The notes beneath the pieces were generated by a model, which was not told the DNA's origin, searched no databases, and saw only the letters and a list, made by a program, of their open reading frames with translations. The translations under genes were made by a program, and so were the position numbers. DNA of 64,000 nt from Eledone cirrhosa (taxonomy: Eukaryota): NCBI GenBank assembly GCA_964016885.1, contig OZ024760.1, positions 11,842,001 to 11,906,000 on the forward strand. The letters run 5' to 3'. Positions 1 to 13,359 of this stretch are shown here, in pieces (the stretch's first letter is position 1; every line of letters begins with the position of its first letter).

Positions 1-1993
1 CCTCTCTTCTTCAGTCGAGACCTAAAGTGGAGATAGTTCCACTTGTCACACACCATCTTAAACACACCATATTGTTTGTTGTTGTTGTTGTTATTGTTAT
101 TATCATTATTATTATTAAGGGCAGTGTGTTCAAGTCTACCGCTGTCGACAAAATAAAGTACCAGTAGCGTACTGAGGTTGATTTAATTGACTTTCCCATC
201 CTCTCCACCCTCAAAAAAGAATTGTCGGTCTTGTGCCTAAATCAGAAACCATTACGGGGTCGATAAAATAAAGTACCAGTAATGCACTGGGTAATTTGCT
301 GGCCTTGTGCCAAAAGTAGAAACAATTATGTCTAGCTAAGAGTGAATGATTGACAGAATCGGTAGATCATCTGGTAAAATGCTTGGCGGTATTTGTTCTG
401 TCTCTTTGCGTTCTCAGTTCAAATATCATCGGGATGAACTATGCCTTTTATCCTTCCGTGATCGATAAAATAACAGTACCAGTTGAATACTAGGGTCCGA
501 ATGGTTAGCCGTGTGTTTAAATGAGAAATTATTATTTCTAGCGTGACAGAGAAGCTAGGTCGTGTTTGTAATAAACCTAATTCTTTAGATATGGATGAGT
601 GAGTTCATCTGAGCGCCAGAGATATCGGGAACAGTTACACCACCCCGGACAGTGTGAGAGTGGGGGACCACCCTAACTTGGACAGATCGGCCGAAAGATG
701 AATCGGCGATCGATGACCAAAGCACAGACAGGCAGAGAAAACAGAATGACAGACATACAGACTGAAGGACATGTCTTAAGATTGACTTGGGATTAGTCAT
801 AGTAAATGTAAAAGACGTGTCGTAAGAATATCAAGTCATAGCATTTAAAAAAACTTAGTTAATAATAACAAATCGAACTAAACTGCTGCGTACAACAACA
901 ACTATAACTACTACAACCTCTACCACCACCACCACCACTACTATTACACAGTACCAGACACGACTATTTCTCAACCAGCAATAACATTATTAGTATTACT
1001 AATACTGATACTAATACTATTAGTATTACTACATCTACTATAATACTATTACTATACCACATCAGAATTAGAGCGGCAGTGAGATATTGATGATTAAGAT
1101 GATGATAATAAGGATGATGGTGATGGTGAGAATAATAACGAATGCATATATAATTATATATTAGTAATTATCTATATTTGTAGTAATTAGAAAGTTTAAC
1201 AGCCTTCAAGAGAACGGTGATAGAAAAATAATTGTTTCTACTTTAGGCACAAGGCCATCAATTATCCAGTGCATTACTGGTACTTTATTTTATCGACCCC
1301 GTAAGGATGAAAGGCAAAGTCAACCTCGGCGGGATTTGAACTCAGATAGAAAAATAATGGCAAGAATAAGGAATAAGAGAGATGCCGGCAACGACTCGAG
1401 TTGGAATCAACAACAAAGAGTAAGAACAAGTAAAACTAGAGAAATGGTAATAAACCTAACCTTCCGTTATATGCATCCTAGCTTTCAGAAATGTTTCATT
1501 TAAATCTAAACAGATAAACGACTAAAACGAAAGGTGGATGAAATAAATACGTACCTTCGGATCGCTGGTGTGATTAGAAGTGTAAACTGTGTTTGTTTAC
1601 GGTCGAGAGAGAACTGTGAAGTATTACATAGGCACATACAGACATACACACCCCGTAACACAAGAGAACTTAGCCCGTCTAATAAAGCACCAACTGTGTC
1701 GATATACAACTGAGTGGGAGGAGAAAAAATAGAGCGACACCGGTCAGGGGAGATAACTAGTTTCCTCACCCCTCCCCGTACACACAACACACAAACACAC
1801 AGATACACAGACAGACACACATACACACAGACCCTCCCATCATTTGCTTTCTATTAAATAACGTTAGTTGTTGAAATGGAGACATGAGAGATCTTTAGAG
1901 ACAGGAACTGCTGCTGAAGACCGTCACACACACACACACATATATATATATAGTAAGAAGAACAAAATGAGGTTTCACATTGAATTTTTTTTA

Positions 1994-2069
1994 TTGATTA
2001 GGCTCAGTTACGTATGTTTCACAGATAGATGGCTCTAGCCCCAATCTGCTTATCAAACTTAGTAATCAA
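1994..2069 (-). ncRNA. Minimal hammerhead ribozyme with U3-A8 core variant
   Basis: Minus strand ctaAGT-TTGATAA-GCAGAT...ATCTGT-GAAAC-atac-GTA|ACTgag, with a distal TTGATTA/TAATCAA extension of stem I. Confidence 0.62.
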
Positions 2070-3415
2070 GGAACATCAATTCACCCAATATATATAACGA
2101 AGGAGGTGTGGTAAGGAACCAGATGGACCAGAGTACTCAATACAGAAATAGCCGTTGAAACGGCTTGAGCTCTGCCGTCGGGGTCAAACATTTTCCTATA
2201 TATATATCATATTCATCGTCGTTTTTCCTTACTTGCATGGATTGGACACACACATATATATTATATATATATCATCATCATCATCATTTTACGTCCACTT
2301 TTCTCTGCTTGCAAGGGTGGGACGGGAACTGATTCTGGCTTGATTTCTACAGCTGGATCCCCTTCCTAACACCAACATCATTTACAGTGAGTGCTGGGTG
2401 CTTTTTTTCCGTGGCTCCTCCACGTCCATTTTACAGTGTGGGCTGGATGTTTTTTTTGCCGTGGCACCTCCACAACTACTTTGCAGTGGAATGATAGGGA
2501 CCCCAGTCCCTATCATTTCATTTCTGCAGCTGAGTAAACTGGAGCAATGTGAAATAAAGAGTCTTGCTCAAGGAAGCAACACATCACCTGGTCTGAGAAT
2601 TGAACTCACAACCTTTCGATTGCAAGGCCAATGCTCTAACCACTAAGTCATGTGCCTCCACTCATATATACATATGTATATGTGTATGTGTGTATATGAT
2701 AATGATGATGATAATTGTTTCACTTTTGAGAAATGTATCTTTGAGAAATGCATGAACACCACAAAATCATTTTACTGTCACCCATTTCCACTGCAACTGT
2801 CACAGCTTGTATCCTGTATCTTATCAAATCAATAACTTTTCTTTTTATGCCAAGTACCAGCCTTCACTATATATCAATAATCTGTGTGTATGTAGTATTT
2901 GTTTGTTTATTAGGTAGCTACAGCATGGCCAAATGGTTAAGGAGTTCATTTCCTGATCGTTAGGGTTGAATCCCAGGTTGATCAATGCCTCAGGAGTGAC
3001 TGACAGAAACAGAGAAAGAATCAACCCCAGTACTTGACTGGTACTTTTTTTAACAACCTGCTACTTTTCCCTGTTTGTCTGCTGGTTAATATATCCAATA
3101 ATCCTGGTATATATTGCTATATATATATATATATATATATATATACCATATCCAGTAAATCGGGTATATATTGCTATATATAATCCTGGTATATATATAT
3201 ATATATAGGAGAAAGTATGACCCCGACGGCAGAGCTCAAGCCGTTTCAACGGCTTAGTCCTCTGGTGCGTTATGGTCCATCTGGTTCCTTACCACAACTC
3301 CTCCATTATATAAATATATATATATATATGTATGTATGTATGTATAATATTACAATCCTGGTATATGTTGGTATACGACATATTCAGTAAAGCTGGTATA
3401 TATATATAAACATAC

Positions 3416-3461
<46 letters not shown>

Positions 3462-3475
3462 GTATATATAGATGA

Positions 3476-3524
3476 GATTCTACAGGACTAGAACTGTTTC
3501 ATTCATTAGAAATCATCAGGAATC
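3476..3524 (-). ncRNA. Type I hammerhead ribozyme motif of a repeated (TA)n-associated element
   Basis: Minus strand GATTC-CTGATGA-tTTCtaatGAAt-GAAA-CAG ttctagtc CTG-TA|GAATC: 5-bp stem I and a GUA site. The first stem II pair is U-U. Confidence 0.65.
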
Positions 3525-3647
3525 AGAGATTCCTGTAGAATCTCATCTATATTAAAACTGTTATACTCTGCTATGTATTGAGTACCTTACTTACTGTGGT
3601 TACCTCCGATTCAACCCGGAATAACGTATATATATGTATATATATAT

Positions 3648-6042
3648 TAGTGAAAAAGAACAAAGGAACTATTATGACATTATAACGAGTTTATTGCCGA
3701 CAGCCGTTTCGTCCGACCATATGGTGGGACTTTTCAAGGCATATAACATGTGATTGTAAGATCATTATTTACATCAACGTATCACTCAAGGCTAGCAGTT
3801 TGAAATTGTGGTATACATCAGCAGCTCCGCTTGTATAGTTGGGGTCTATATTCTAAGGGGGCTCTTTTATATTAGTTGTCGGGGTCAGGGATTGAAGGTT
3901 AAAAATTAGATAATATATAATTTACGCATTAACAGTAAACTAAAAGACTTGGGATCCCGTAGAAGCACCTTAAAAAATCCCTCAATAAGTGCATAAAGCT
4001 TACAGGCTCCAATAAGCCTAATAAACTAGAAGAAATTAAGAGGCTAATAAAATAAAAAATAAAAATATAAAGTTTCCCTAAAAAATATAAAGTTTCCTAT
4101 GAAATTCCTTCGAGAGAAAAAAACTTTTTTCCCAAAGAAAAAAATTTTCTTCCCCCGAGATCACGTTTACAAATTTCTGAAAACTTACGAAGTTTTGATA
4201 TTCCCTACTAAGTTGAAAGAAACTAATCACTTAAAGGTTAATTCAAAGAGCCTTCTATAAATCTCTGAGAAAAGGCCCCTTTAATATTTTTAATAGGAAC
4301 TTCCTCCGCGAGACCCTTCGAAGAATTAAAATTTTAGAGAGCCTTTAAGGATATATATAAAAACGAATTGAGGAAAATTATACATTAAAAGTTAAAAATT
4401 ACGGTATTTGGGATATCCGAGGAATTTTCAAAGGGCTGCTTCAACAGATACAACTTAGGCATAATAGATACAACAATTTAAGTAATTTAAGTAATTTAAT
4501 TAGGGAGCAATTCAAAGAGTTTATCAAGTTGGGCAAGATTAAAGAAAATGGTAAATAAGAAAATACATAAGCAAAAAGACAATAATTATAACATGTATTT
4601 TTAAGAAGGTATAAGGTAGCTTCAGTAATCTAACAATGTATTATCACAAAAAATTATCATAAAATTATTGATACAGGATTAACAAAGACATAATAATATA
4701 TTCCTGCCTAATTAACCAGTAATCAATACATTATTAACAGTCAGGCAAAATTTGCTCAGGGATATCCCGCGCTCGGATACTTTACACACATACAGTAACA
4801 CATAGGATTAGCACAGACATAATGATATATTCCTGCCTAACAAACAATCAATTAACAATTGATGGTCAAGAAAATGTACTCAGGGATATCCCGCGCACGG
4901 ATATTTACATACATACAACAGGATGAACAGTACTGGTGACCGTGTGGGCGCGATATCCATTATGCGTATGTAGTCATCTGCATAGCTCCAGGCACTTTAA
5001 AAGTTCATAGTTCACGGATCAACTGGGATTCACTATCAGCTGCGTGGACTCTCTGGGAAATGTACCTGTGGATCTAATAGCTAGTGGTTGCTGGGTGTGG
5101 TCCGTTCGATCTTTTAGTTTCGGGGGTTGCACGCTTTTGCGATAGACCAGCCTGCCGGTTCTAAGTCCAAGGTCTCGCTACATAGGATGTATTGGTCTAC
5201 ATGCTATATTGGTAAAAAAAAACCAGTGTGGATTTGACTGGGGTGGTATATTACAAACTCTAAGCCCACATGCGACTGGTCAAAAGCGAAGGGCTGTCCC
5301 CTCTTTGTTTGCTGTATGGGTCGGTTCCAGCTTAGATGGTGGTCGTGTTATCCATATTCCGTCAGCCCTGTATATTCAAGACAGATCAGGGTATATATTT
5401 GCGGGTATGGTCCGGCGTCTACGCTATCCAAAGGGTCTCACTTGTGGTATTTTCAAGTTCGCATGTCATCTCCCGGTTAAGACTGCGCATGCTTCGGTGA
5501 ATCTCATGCATGGAATCTTGGGGTATCGTATTACACGGGGTGACCAGCGGAAAATATATATTCTATGCTATCGCGCACGCGCTGGCCTGTGGCTACGACC
5601 GTGCCCAGTCTCGGGTAGTAGCAGACAGCAGGTAGACCAGCTAGACACACCCCTGTTCAAGGGGCACAACCCCTAACTTATCGAGTGGTCAGACTTCAAG
5701 GGAGTCAACTCTCCAAGCCCATTAAGTCGACTGTGGTAAAATACAAAAAATTCCCATTAGTAAAGAACTAATCACTGATAATAAAGAACTAACTCAAAAG
5801 ATGTGAGTGGGGGAGAATGGGGAGGGGCATCTATTTGGGCGGGGGTTTACTAAGGGAGGGGGTGGGGGTGAGTGGTTATAGGCAGGGAGCGGCCGCCATA
5901 TTGGGTGTGTATATATATATGAAAATAGGGAGAAAAAGACAATTATTAGGGAGAAAAATATTTTTTGTTCCTCTTATTTTTTTCTCTTTTTTCTGGGTTA
6001 GAAAACGTTTAAACCAAAATATTTTTCTTTGTGTGAAGTGTT

Positions 6043-6046
<4 letters not shown>
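3648..6046 (-). mobile_element. ~2.4 kb (TA)n-flanked, apparently non-coding element with a terminal hammerhead
   Basis: Sharp (TA)n boundaries on both sides, hammerhead ~45 nt from the left end, an internal duplication (about 4685-4790 and 4815-4915), and no recognisable ORF. Confidence 0.5.
3691..3746 (-). ncRNA. Minimal hammerhead ribozyme with U3-A8 core variant
   Basis: Minus strand ttataTGCC-TTGAAAA-GTCCcACCatatGGTcGGAC-GAAAC-ggct-GTC|GGCAataa. Confidence 0.7.
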
Positions 6047-6099
<53 letters not shown>

Positions 6100-6715
6100 A
6101 TAATAATAAATTTGAAGACTAAAATCCAAAGAGGGCTCGATAAGGATAAATATATATCAAATATATAAGAACCGTAGAGCAAATATTTATTAAAATAACA
6201 GATTAAAGTTTAAGCAAAGAATCACTGCTTTCAGCCTTAACGGTTTCAGAAGATCCCATTAAGGGTGAAAGCAGCGATTTTTTTGCTTAAACTTTAATCT
6301 GTTATTTTAATGAATATATATATATATAATGACATATCCAGTAAACCTGAACTCCAAAAATTAAATATGTTGAACCTTATTGCCACAACTATTGATGGAA
6401 TTGGTCTGCTGGTAAAAGAATTATCAGCAATATACATGACAGAGAGGCAGAACCTCTGGGGTAGAGTTTAAATGTGTACCAGGGTGGATCAGATTTGAAT
6501 GTCATGTCAGTTCAGTTTGACCTTCTCATCAATCAGGACAGCTTTTCCCCTCTTCCCACCACTACCACTCTTGTAATAAATTCATTGTCACAAACTGGGT
6601 TAGGTGTTTATTTCTACAGTTACACATCAACTTACATACCTCTACTGTATGTGTGCACAGCTTGGCATATATATTTGTGAGTGTGTATATATATACATAT
6701 ATATATATATATATG

Positions 6716-6762
<47 letters not shown>

Positions 6763-6793
6763 AGATCAAAAGATGGTTAAATGAGTTCCATGT

Positions 6794-6862
6794 ATTTTAT
6801 TATGCGCATTTCAAAAACAAATATCATCATGCAATAACATTTGTGTTTTCATCAGATAAAAT
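6794..6862 (-). ncRNA. Type I hammerhead ribozyme (mirror copy in the 6753-7090 palindrome)
   Basis: Reverse complement of the 6981-7049 motif. Confidence 0.78.
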
Positions 6863-6980
6863 AGGAGGACATGATATGAAGGTTAAAAACACTTGTGGAT
6901 AGTGCAGTTTTAAATTAACATATGTTGATTTAAAACTGCACTATCCACAAGTGTTTTTAACCTTCATATCATGTCCTCCT

Positions 6981-7049
6981 ATTTTATCTGATGAAAACAC
7001 AAATGTTATTGCATGATGATATTTGTTTTTGAAATGCGCATAATAAAAT
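6981..7049 (+). ncRNA. Type I hammerhead ribozyme, canonical core
   Basis: Stem I ATTTTAT/ATAAAAT; core CTGATGA (6988-94); stem II with 14 of 15 positions paired around a TGCATG loop; GAAA (7031-34); palindromic stem III ATGCGCAT; predicted cleavage at AUA after 7042. Confidence 0.8.
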
Positions 7050-8524
7050 ACATGGAACTCATTTAACCATCTTTTGATCTTATATATTATGTATACTCCA
7101 GTCCTACAAACTGTAGAGTGCTTCTTAACCGATATCTGCATTACTTTATTGTACTACAATTACAATAAAACTCGCATTGGCCTTGCAACCGAAAGGTTGT
7201 GAGTTCAATTCTCAGACTGGGTGATGTGTTGTTTCCTTGAGCAAGACACTTTATTTCACATTGCTCCAGTTTACTCAGCTGTAGAAATGAGATGATAGGT
7301 ATTGGGGTCCCTAGCATTCCACTGCAAAGTGGTCGTGGAGGTGCCAAGCAAAAAAACACCCGGCACTCACTGTAAATGAGGTTGGTGTTAGGAAGGGCAT
7401 CCAGCTGTAGAAATCAAGCCAAAATCAGTTCTGTATGAGCAACACAGGGTTACCTGACCTGGCATTGCCCTGAACAGGACAACTAGTCTAACCCATGCTA
7501 GCATGGAAGGATGGACATAGAATGGTGATGATGATGATGTGTGTGTGTGTATTATATATATATAACGGAGCAAATGTGGTAAGGAACCAGGTGGACCATA
7601 ACGCACCAAAGTACTCAATACTTAGGGTAGTAGAGTGGGTAATAGGAACGAGTAGGATTCCGACGGCTGAGCTCAAGCCATTTCGACGGCTAATTCTGGA
7701 CTAATTTAGTCCAGAATTAGCCGTCGAAACGGCTTGAGCTCAGCCATCGGGGTCCTACTCGTTCATATATATATGTGTAGCTCAATGGTTATAGCTACCT
7801 ACCTAGTTGTATCAGTTGACATTTTCTGTTATTGTTAGACCCAAGCAACAGGAAATTATGTAATTAATAGTTTGTCATCATCATCATCATCATTGACATC
7901 ATCATCATCATTATTATTAACATCATCGTCATCATCATCATTACCATTGTCATCATTTTCATCACTGATTAACAGACCACCACCACCTCCACCACCACCG
8001 ATTAATGCCCATTTTCCCTGTTTGGATCTGTGACACGTTATGAAGTCAGATAGATCAGGTGACTTTGTCTTGCTCATACGATCCATTCCTAGCTTGGTAT
8101 TCTACAGTTGGTTGCACTATTTAATACCAACACTACCACATTATAGGGCGGGCTGGGTGCTTTTTGTTGTGTCACCAACACTACCAAATTACAGTGTGTA
8201 CCACAATTCTAGATGCCTTCATTGGATTGTATGGCGGAATAAAGTGTTTGTGTGTGACGGGGAGAGAGTGTGTGAATGTATGTGAATGTGTGTGAGTGAG
8301 AATGAATTACTAAATCCCTCAAATTCTTGTGTGTGTGTGAGGGCATGGGTGCATGTATAAGGAGCGGTAAGTGTGCGTGTGTGTGAGGGCATAGGTCAAT
8401 AAGTGTGTGTATGAGAGTGTATGTGAATGTGAGAGAACAAATGAAAAAATGTGTGTATGTCTGTGGGCACGGCTAAGCGAGTGTGTGAATGTGAGGAAAC
8501 GAATGAGTATGTGTATGTTTGTGT

Positions 8525-8765
8525 GGCAAAGAGAGTGTGTGTGTGTGAGACATAAAGAGTGTGTGTGTGTGTGAGACATAAAGAGAGTGTGTGTGTGTGT
8601 GAGACATAAAGAGAGTGTGTGTGTGTGTGAGACATAAAGAGAGTGTGTGTGTGTGTGAGACATAAAGATAGTGTGTGTGTGTGAGACATAAAGAGAGTGT
8701 GTGTGTGAGAGACATAAAGAGAGTGTGTGTGTGTGAGACATAAAGAGAGTGTGTGTGTGTGATAC
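8525..8765. repeat. GAGACATAAAGAGA(GT)n compound tandem repeat
   Basis: About 8 copies with variable GT run length. Confidence 0.9.
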
Positions 8766-9009
8766 TGAGATTACCAAAAATCTGTTAGCTTATCATACTT
8801 CATCTATTAAAGTATTTGGGTTTGATAAGAGCTTATCTCTGTATCAATGTATATACATGTACATATATCTATATATGTATACATCTATATGTGTATATAT
8901 GATACATCTATAGATATATGTATATACATGTACATATATCTATATATATGTATACATGTATCTATATGTATACATGTACATACATATATCTATATATGTA
9001 TACATGTGA

Positions 9010-9825
9010 TGGAAGATGTATACATGGGATGGAAGAAGTTTAGGGAACTACTACCACTGCTAGCTGCAAAAGGCTTCTCCCTCAAAATGAAAGGCAGACT
9101 GTATGATGCGTGTATCCGAACAGCGATGTTACATGGTAGTGAGACCTGGGCGCTGAAGGTGGAAGACTTACGTAGATTAGAGAGAAACGAAGCCTGCATG
9201 CTCCGATGGATGTGTAATAGTAATATACGCGAACGACAAAGCATAAATGAATTGAGAGAGAGACTGAGCATAAGAGGAATCAAATGCTGTGTGCAGGAGA
9301 GGCGGTTACGTTGGTATGGACATGTGATGCGTATGAAGGATGACAGCTGCATAAAAAGGTGCAGAGCACTAGAAGTCGGTGGAAACCGCGGAGAGGGGAG
9401 ACCCAAGATGACCTGGGATGAGGTGATAAAAGCCGACCTTACCCAATTACACCTCTCAAAGGCGATGAGACACGACCGTGACCTCTGGCGTCACGCAGTA
9501 ATACAGAGTACCCGACCTCCCATGGGTACAAGCTGAAGCATATAGACAATATGCCCCCACTGCAAGGTGGTCGTGGAGGTGCCACGGCAAAAAAGCACCC
9601 AGCCCACACTGTAAAGTGACGTGTAGGCGCCACGAAAAAGCACCCAGCAGTCACTGTAAATGAGGTTGGTGTTAGGAAGGGCATCCAGCTGTAGAAATCA
9701 AGCCAAATCAGTTCCTGTATGAGCAAGACAAGGTCAGCCGACCAGACACTGCCCACAACAGGACAACCCGTCTAACCCATGCTAGCGTGGAAGAACGGAC
9801 GTAAAATGGTGATGATGATGATGAT
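9010..9825 (+). mobile_element. RTE-clade LINE 3' fragment
   Basis: GWKKFRELLPLL, YDACIRTAMLHGSETW, LERNEACMLRWMC, RRLRWYGHVMR, GRPKMTW; ends in a (TGA)n tail. Confidence 0.92.
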
Positions 9826-11080
9826 GTACATACATATATCTATATATGTATACATGTATACATATATCTATATATGTATACATGTACATACATATATCTA
9901 TATATGTATACATGTACACATATCTATATGTGTGTACATGTATCTATATGTATGCATGTACATACATATATATATATATATGTATACATGTACATATATC
10001 TATATATGTATACACATATATATATATACATTATAAAGAAAGAAGAAAAATTAGATATAAATAAAAAGATATTCCTTCATTATCCTCGACTGCGTAGTTT
10101 CGTGGCTATTATGCAAAAACATTACATCACAGAGATGCAATATTTTTGTGAGGTTTGCCGACTTATCAAGAGGATACCTCATTTAGAGTTTCAAAACACG
10201 TCCGTAGGACGCGAGATAGAATCCCGAAAGGCGGAGGGGGAACTTATCGTGATACAGCGGTCAAGAAACAGAGCTAAGCCTCTTACAACCAAGAGAAAAA
10301 TACCACAAAAGGCGGAGGGGTCATTTATGTCAACTGGAGTCCACAGGCAAAAAATATTCTTTTGTCGAATAGCTATGAGGGGTCGACCCCTCAAAAAAAT
10401 AAGGGAAAAGGGGTTCATGAGTAAAAAAAGGTTGAGAACCACTGGTTTAGATGATTAAGAACAGTTTACTATCTTTTTGCTGAATCACCAGTCTGACGAG
10501 CAGATCAATGCTAGAGTCAGGTCCATAACATCTATAGGTGACCTTGAGCCAAACATCTGTGAAACACATTTAACAGATCAATATGCAATAAAAACATGAA
10601 AACATGTAAACAAAACTTCATATCGATTTCCCTTTATCATATATATATATATGTGTGTGGTAAGTATTTCCATTTGAAAGCTTTGGTAATGAAATAATTA
10701 TATTGTATTGTTTATTATATAATTAAATATATATATATATATATATGGCTTTTTGCTACAATATTTTCTATACCTTTCATTTATATATATATATACGTAT
10801 GTGTGTGTGTCTTCATTTATGCCCCATAACCAGAGGTTTGATAAAATAAGTATGTCACTTGGAAAATTAAACGAAAAAGGATTGGCAATCAATATGATTG
10901 ACTAAAATTTGAGAAGGCATTGCTCCAGCATGGCCACAGTCTAATGACCAAAACCAGAAAGAGAGAGAGAGAAAGTAACACAGTAAGGAAACATTTGATT
11001 TATATTTTTTATTATATATTTCAATAAACTATACATAACAAACTTTCACACATATTTTGTCTTATTTTGTTTTTAATATG

Positions 11081-11113
<33 letters not shown>

Positions 11114-11888
11114 CAAATATAAAATAATATGTTAATAATAACCCCTTATTATGAAGTTGAAATGGATAAACTGAAAAGAAATAGTAAAATCTTCCAGCTC
11201 TTTACAGTGATGGCAATAATCCTATGTCCAGACTGGTCAAGAAATGGCTTTACAATTTAAAAAAAACCCTTTTACTTTAAACCAGTAATCACCCTTAATA
11301 ATACTCTATGTGAGTTTGATTATTTATATATATATATATATATATAAATATAGGAGGGTCAGCTAAAAAGTTGATAGGCTGACTAAGATACTCTCATGGA
11401 ATTACCAAATGAGGTTTATTTTTCAACATAGTCCCTGGAAAGAAACAATGCACTTATTAATAAGAATTGAAATTAATGACATGTAAGATTTCACAACTTT
11501 AACATCACTTCTTCATACTCAGCCTATGTACCCTTATATATATATATCCGTCTGTAACTTTTTACAATTAACATATACACACACACAATGCATATCCTAT
11601 TTCAATCATCTTACTACAATAAGAACTCCACTTTCTAATCACAAGATCCTGGTTTCTAACCCTACATTTGTCCCTGTAAATAATTATTTCACCAAAGGTA
11701 CTTATTTAAAGCTGTATATCATTTGTACATATATGCTGAACATTTATGTAATTATATCCTAGAAATTAATTAAAATATCATTAACTTTAATCACTTCTAC
11801 ATGTTAGTAATCAACATAAACTATAGGGTTTCTCTTTTGTAAACCATAAATTTATCAAAATAGCCAGTTTGTATGATTGTTCATATAT

Positions 11889-12048
11889 CCAGTAATCCTG
11901 GTATATATGACATACCAACCCTGGACTCCAGTAATCCTGGTATATATGACATACCAACCCTGGACTCCAGTAATCCTGGTATATATGACATACCAACCCT
12001 AGACTCCAGTAAACCTGGTATATATGACATACCAACCCTGGACTCCCT
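11889..12048. repeat. 39-bp tandem repeat, 4 copies
   Basis: Unit CCAGTAATCCTGGTATATATGACATACCAACCCTGGACT. Confidence 0.93.
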
Positions 12049-12897
12049 GTCATTATCATTGGTATGGTTCCACTAAATTTTTTAAATGGTAAAAGTCATT
12101 TATGGATCTCTGTATAGCTTACTGTTGCTAGCCAGGACCATATTATCAAATGCGCCCCTCCCCCTCACTAGGTTTCTCGATATATCAAGCCCTCAAATTT
12201 TTCGCTGGCACTGAAAGTTTCCGATATATGGAAACATGAGATAGTTCTAGATTTCTTCTACGTCATCGAGCTGTGTAGAAGCAGATGTATTTATTTCACC
12301 CAATATGTACAAATGTTGATAGAAAAGAGATACTTATTAAAAATAGACCACCTTTGGGGGGGAGGGGGTCATGCCTGACTACCATCACTTGACACCTGGA
12401 AAGTTTCTCTCAAAGAACAAGCCAGAGTAAGATGTTTCAGTGGGAAGCCAGCAGTCTGCCCTTTGCCATGACACTGATGTTGTCCCAGGGAAAGGCAGTC
12501 CTTTTTTTCTGAGATATTTGGCAGTATAACCAAGTAGAAAGTGGTTTGAGCCTTGAATCCAAGGAGCAAATGAAGGAGTTGTTACAGGCTCACTCAGATT
12601 GCAAGAAACAGCAGCTAGATTTTCTTCAAACAACTCCTTGTCATCTTAAAAAAAAAAAAAAAAAATGAAAATGAAACCCATTGGATAATGGAGTCCTTAA
12701 TACATAAGGTTTGTAAAAAGAATGATGATAAAGGTCGCAGCTTTTGATCATGTATTCCGGGATGACCTCTGACTAAACCAGGATAATATTCATAAACAAT
12801 GACTCAACTTTCTAAGAGTTTACTACCCTTACTTGACAAGTTAGAAAAACCCTACTTTTTTTCCATCCTAGTTTTATATTCAATATATATATATATT

Positions 12898-12942
<45 letters not shown>

Positions 12943-13278
12943 CCCGGGTTGAATCAGGGGTAACCACAGTAAGTAAAGGACTCAATACATAGCAAAATAT
13001 AAATATTTAATATAGAAATGGCTTCTACAGGACTACAACTGTTTCATTCGAACGAAATCAATTTCCTTCGAATGAAACAGTTCTGGTCCTGTAGAAGCCA
13101 TTTCTATATTAAATATTTATGTGTGTGTGTGTGTATCCTGATGATTTCTTACGAATGAAACAGCTCTAGACCTGTTTTCTATAATAAAGTGAATATACCT
13201 ATACCCTACTAACGTATTGAGTACCTTTTTAAACAGTGGTCACCTCCCGATTTACACACACACACACATATATATATA

Positions 13279-13359
<81 letters not shown>

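Noticed and set aside
5209-5676. 155-aa plus-strand ORF inside the 2.4-kb element
   Set aside because: Non-ATG start, no recognisable motif, and antisense to the element's inferred orientation.
6185-6312. Inverted repeat with GAAAGCAGCG (related piece at about 34285-34350)
   Set aside because: Probably another fold-back retroelement end, but no hammerhead core could be fitted, so it is not counted as a ribozyme.
10488-10525. CTGACGA followed by a small hairpin (possible hammerhead)
   Set aside because: No GAAA or stem III/stem I complement follows. Similar partial matches at about 29830, 30380-30425, 34765 and 35370-35400 were also too degenerate to call.
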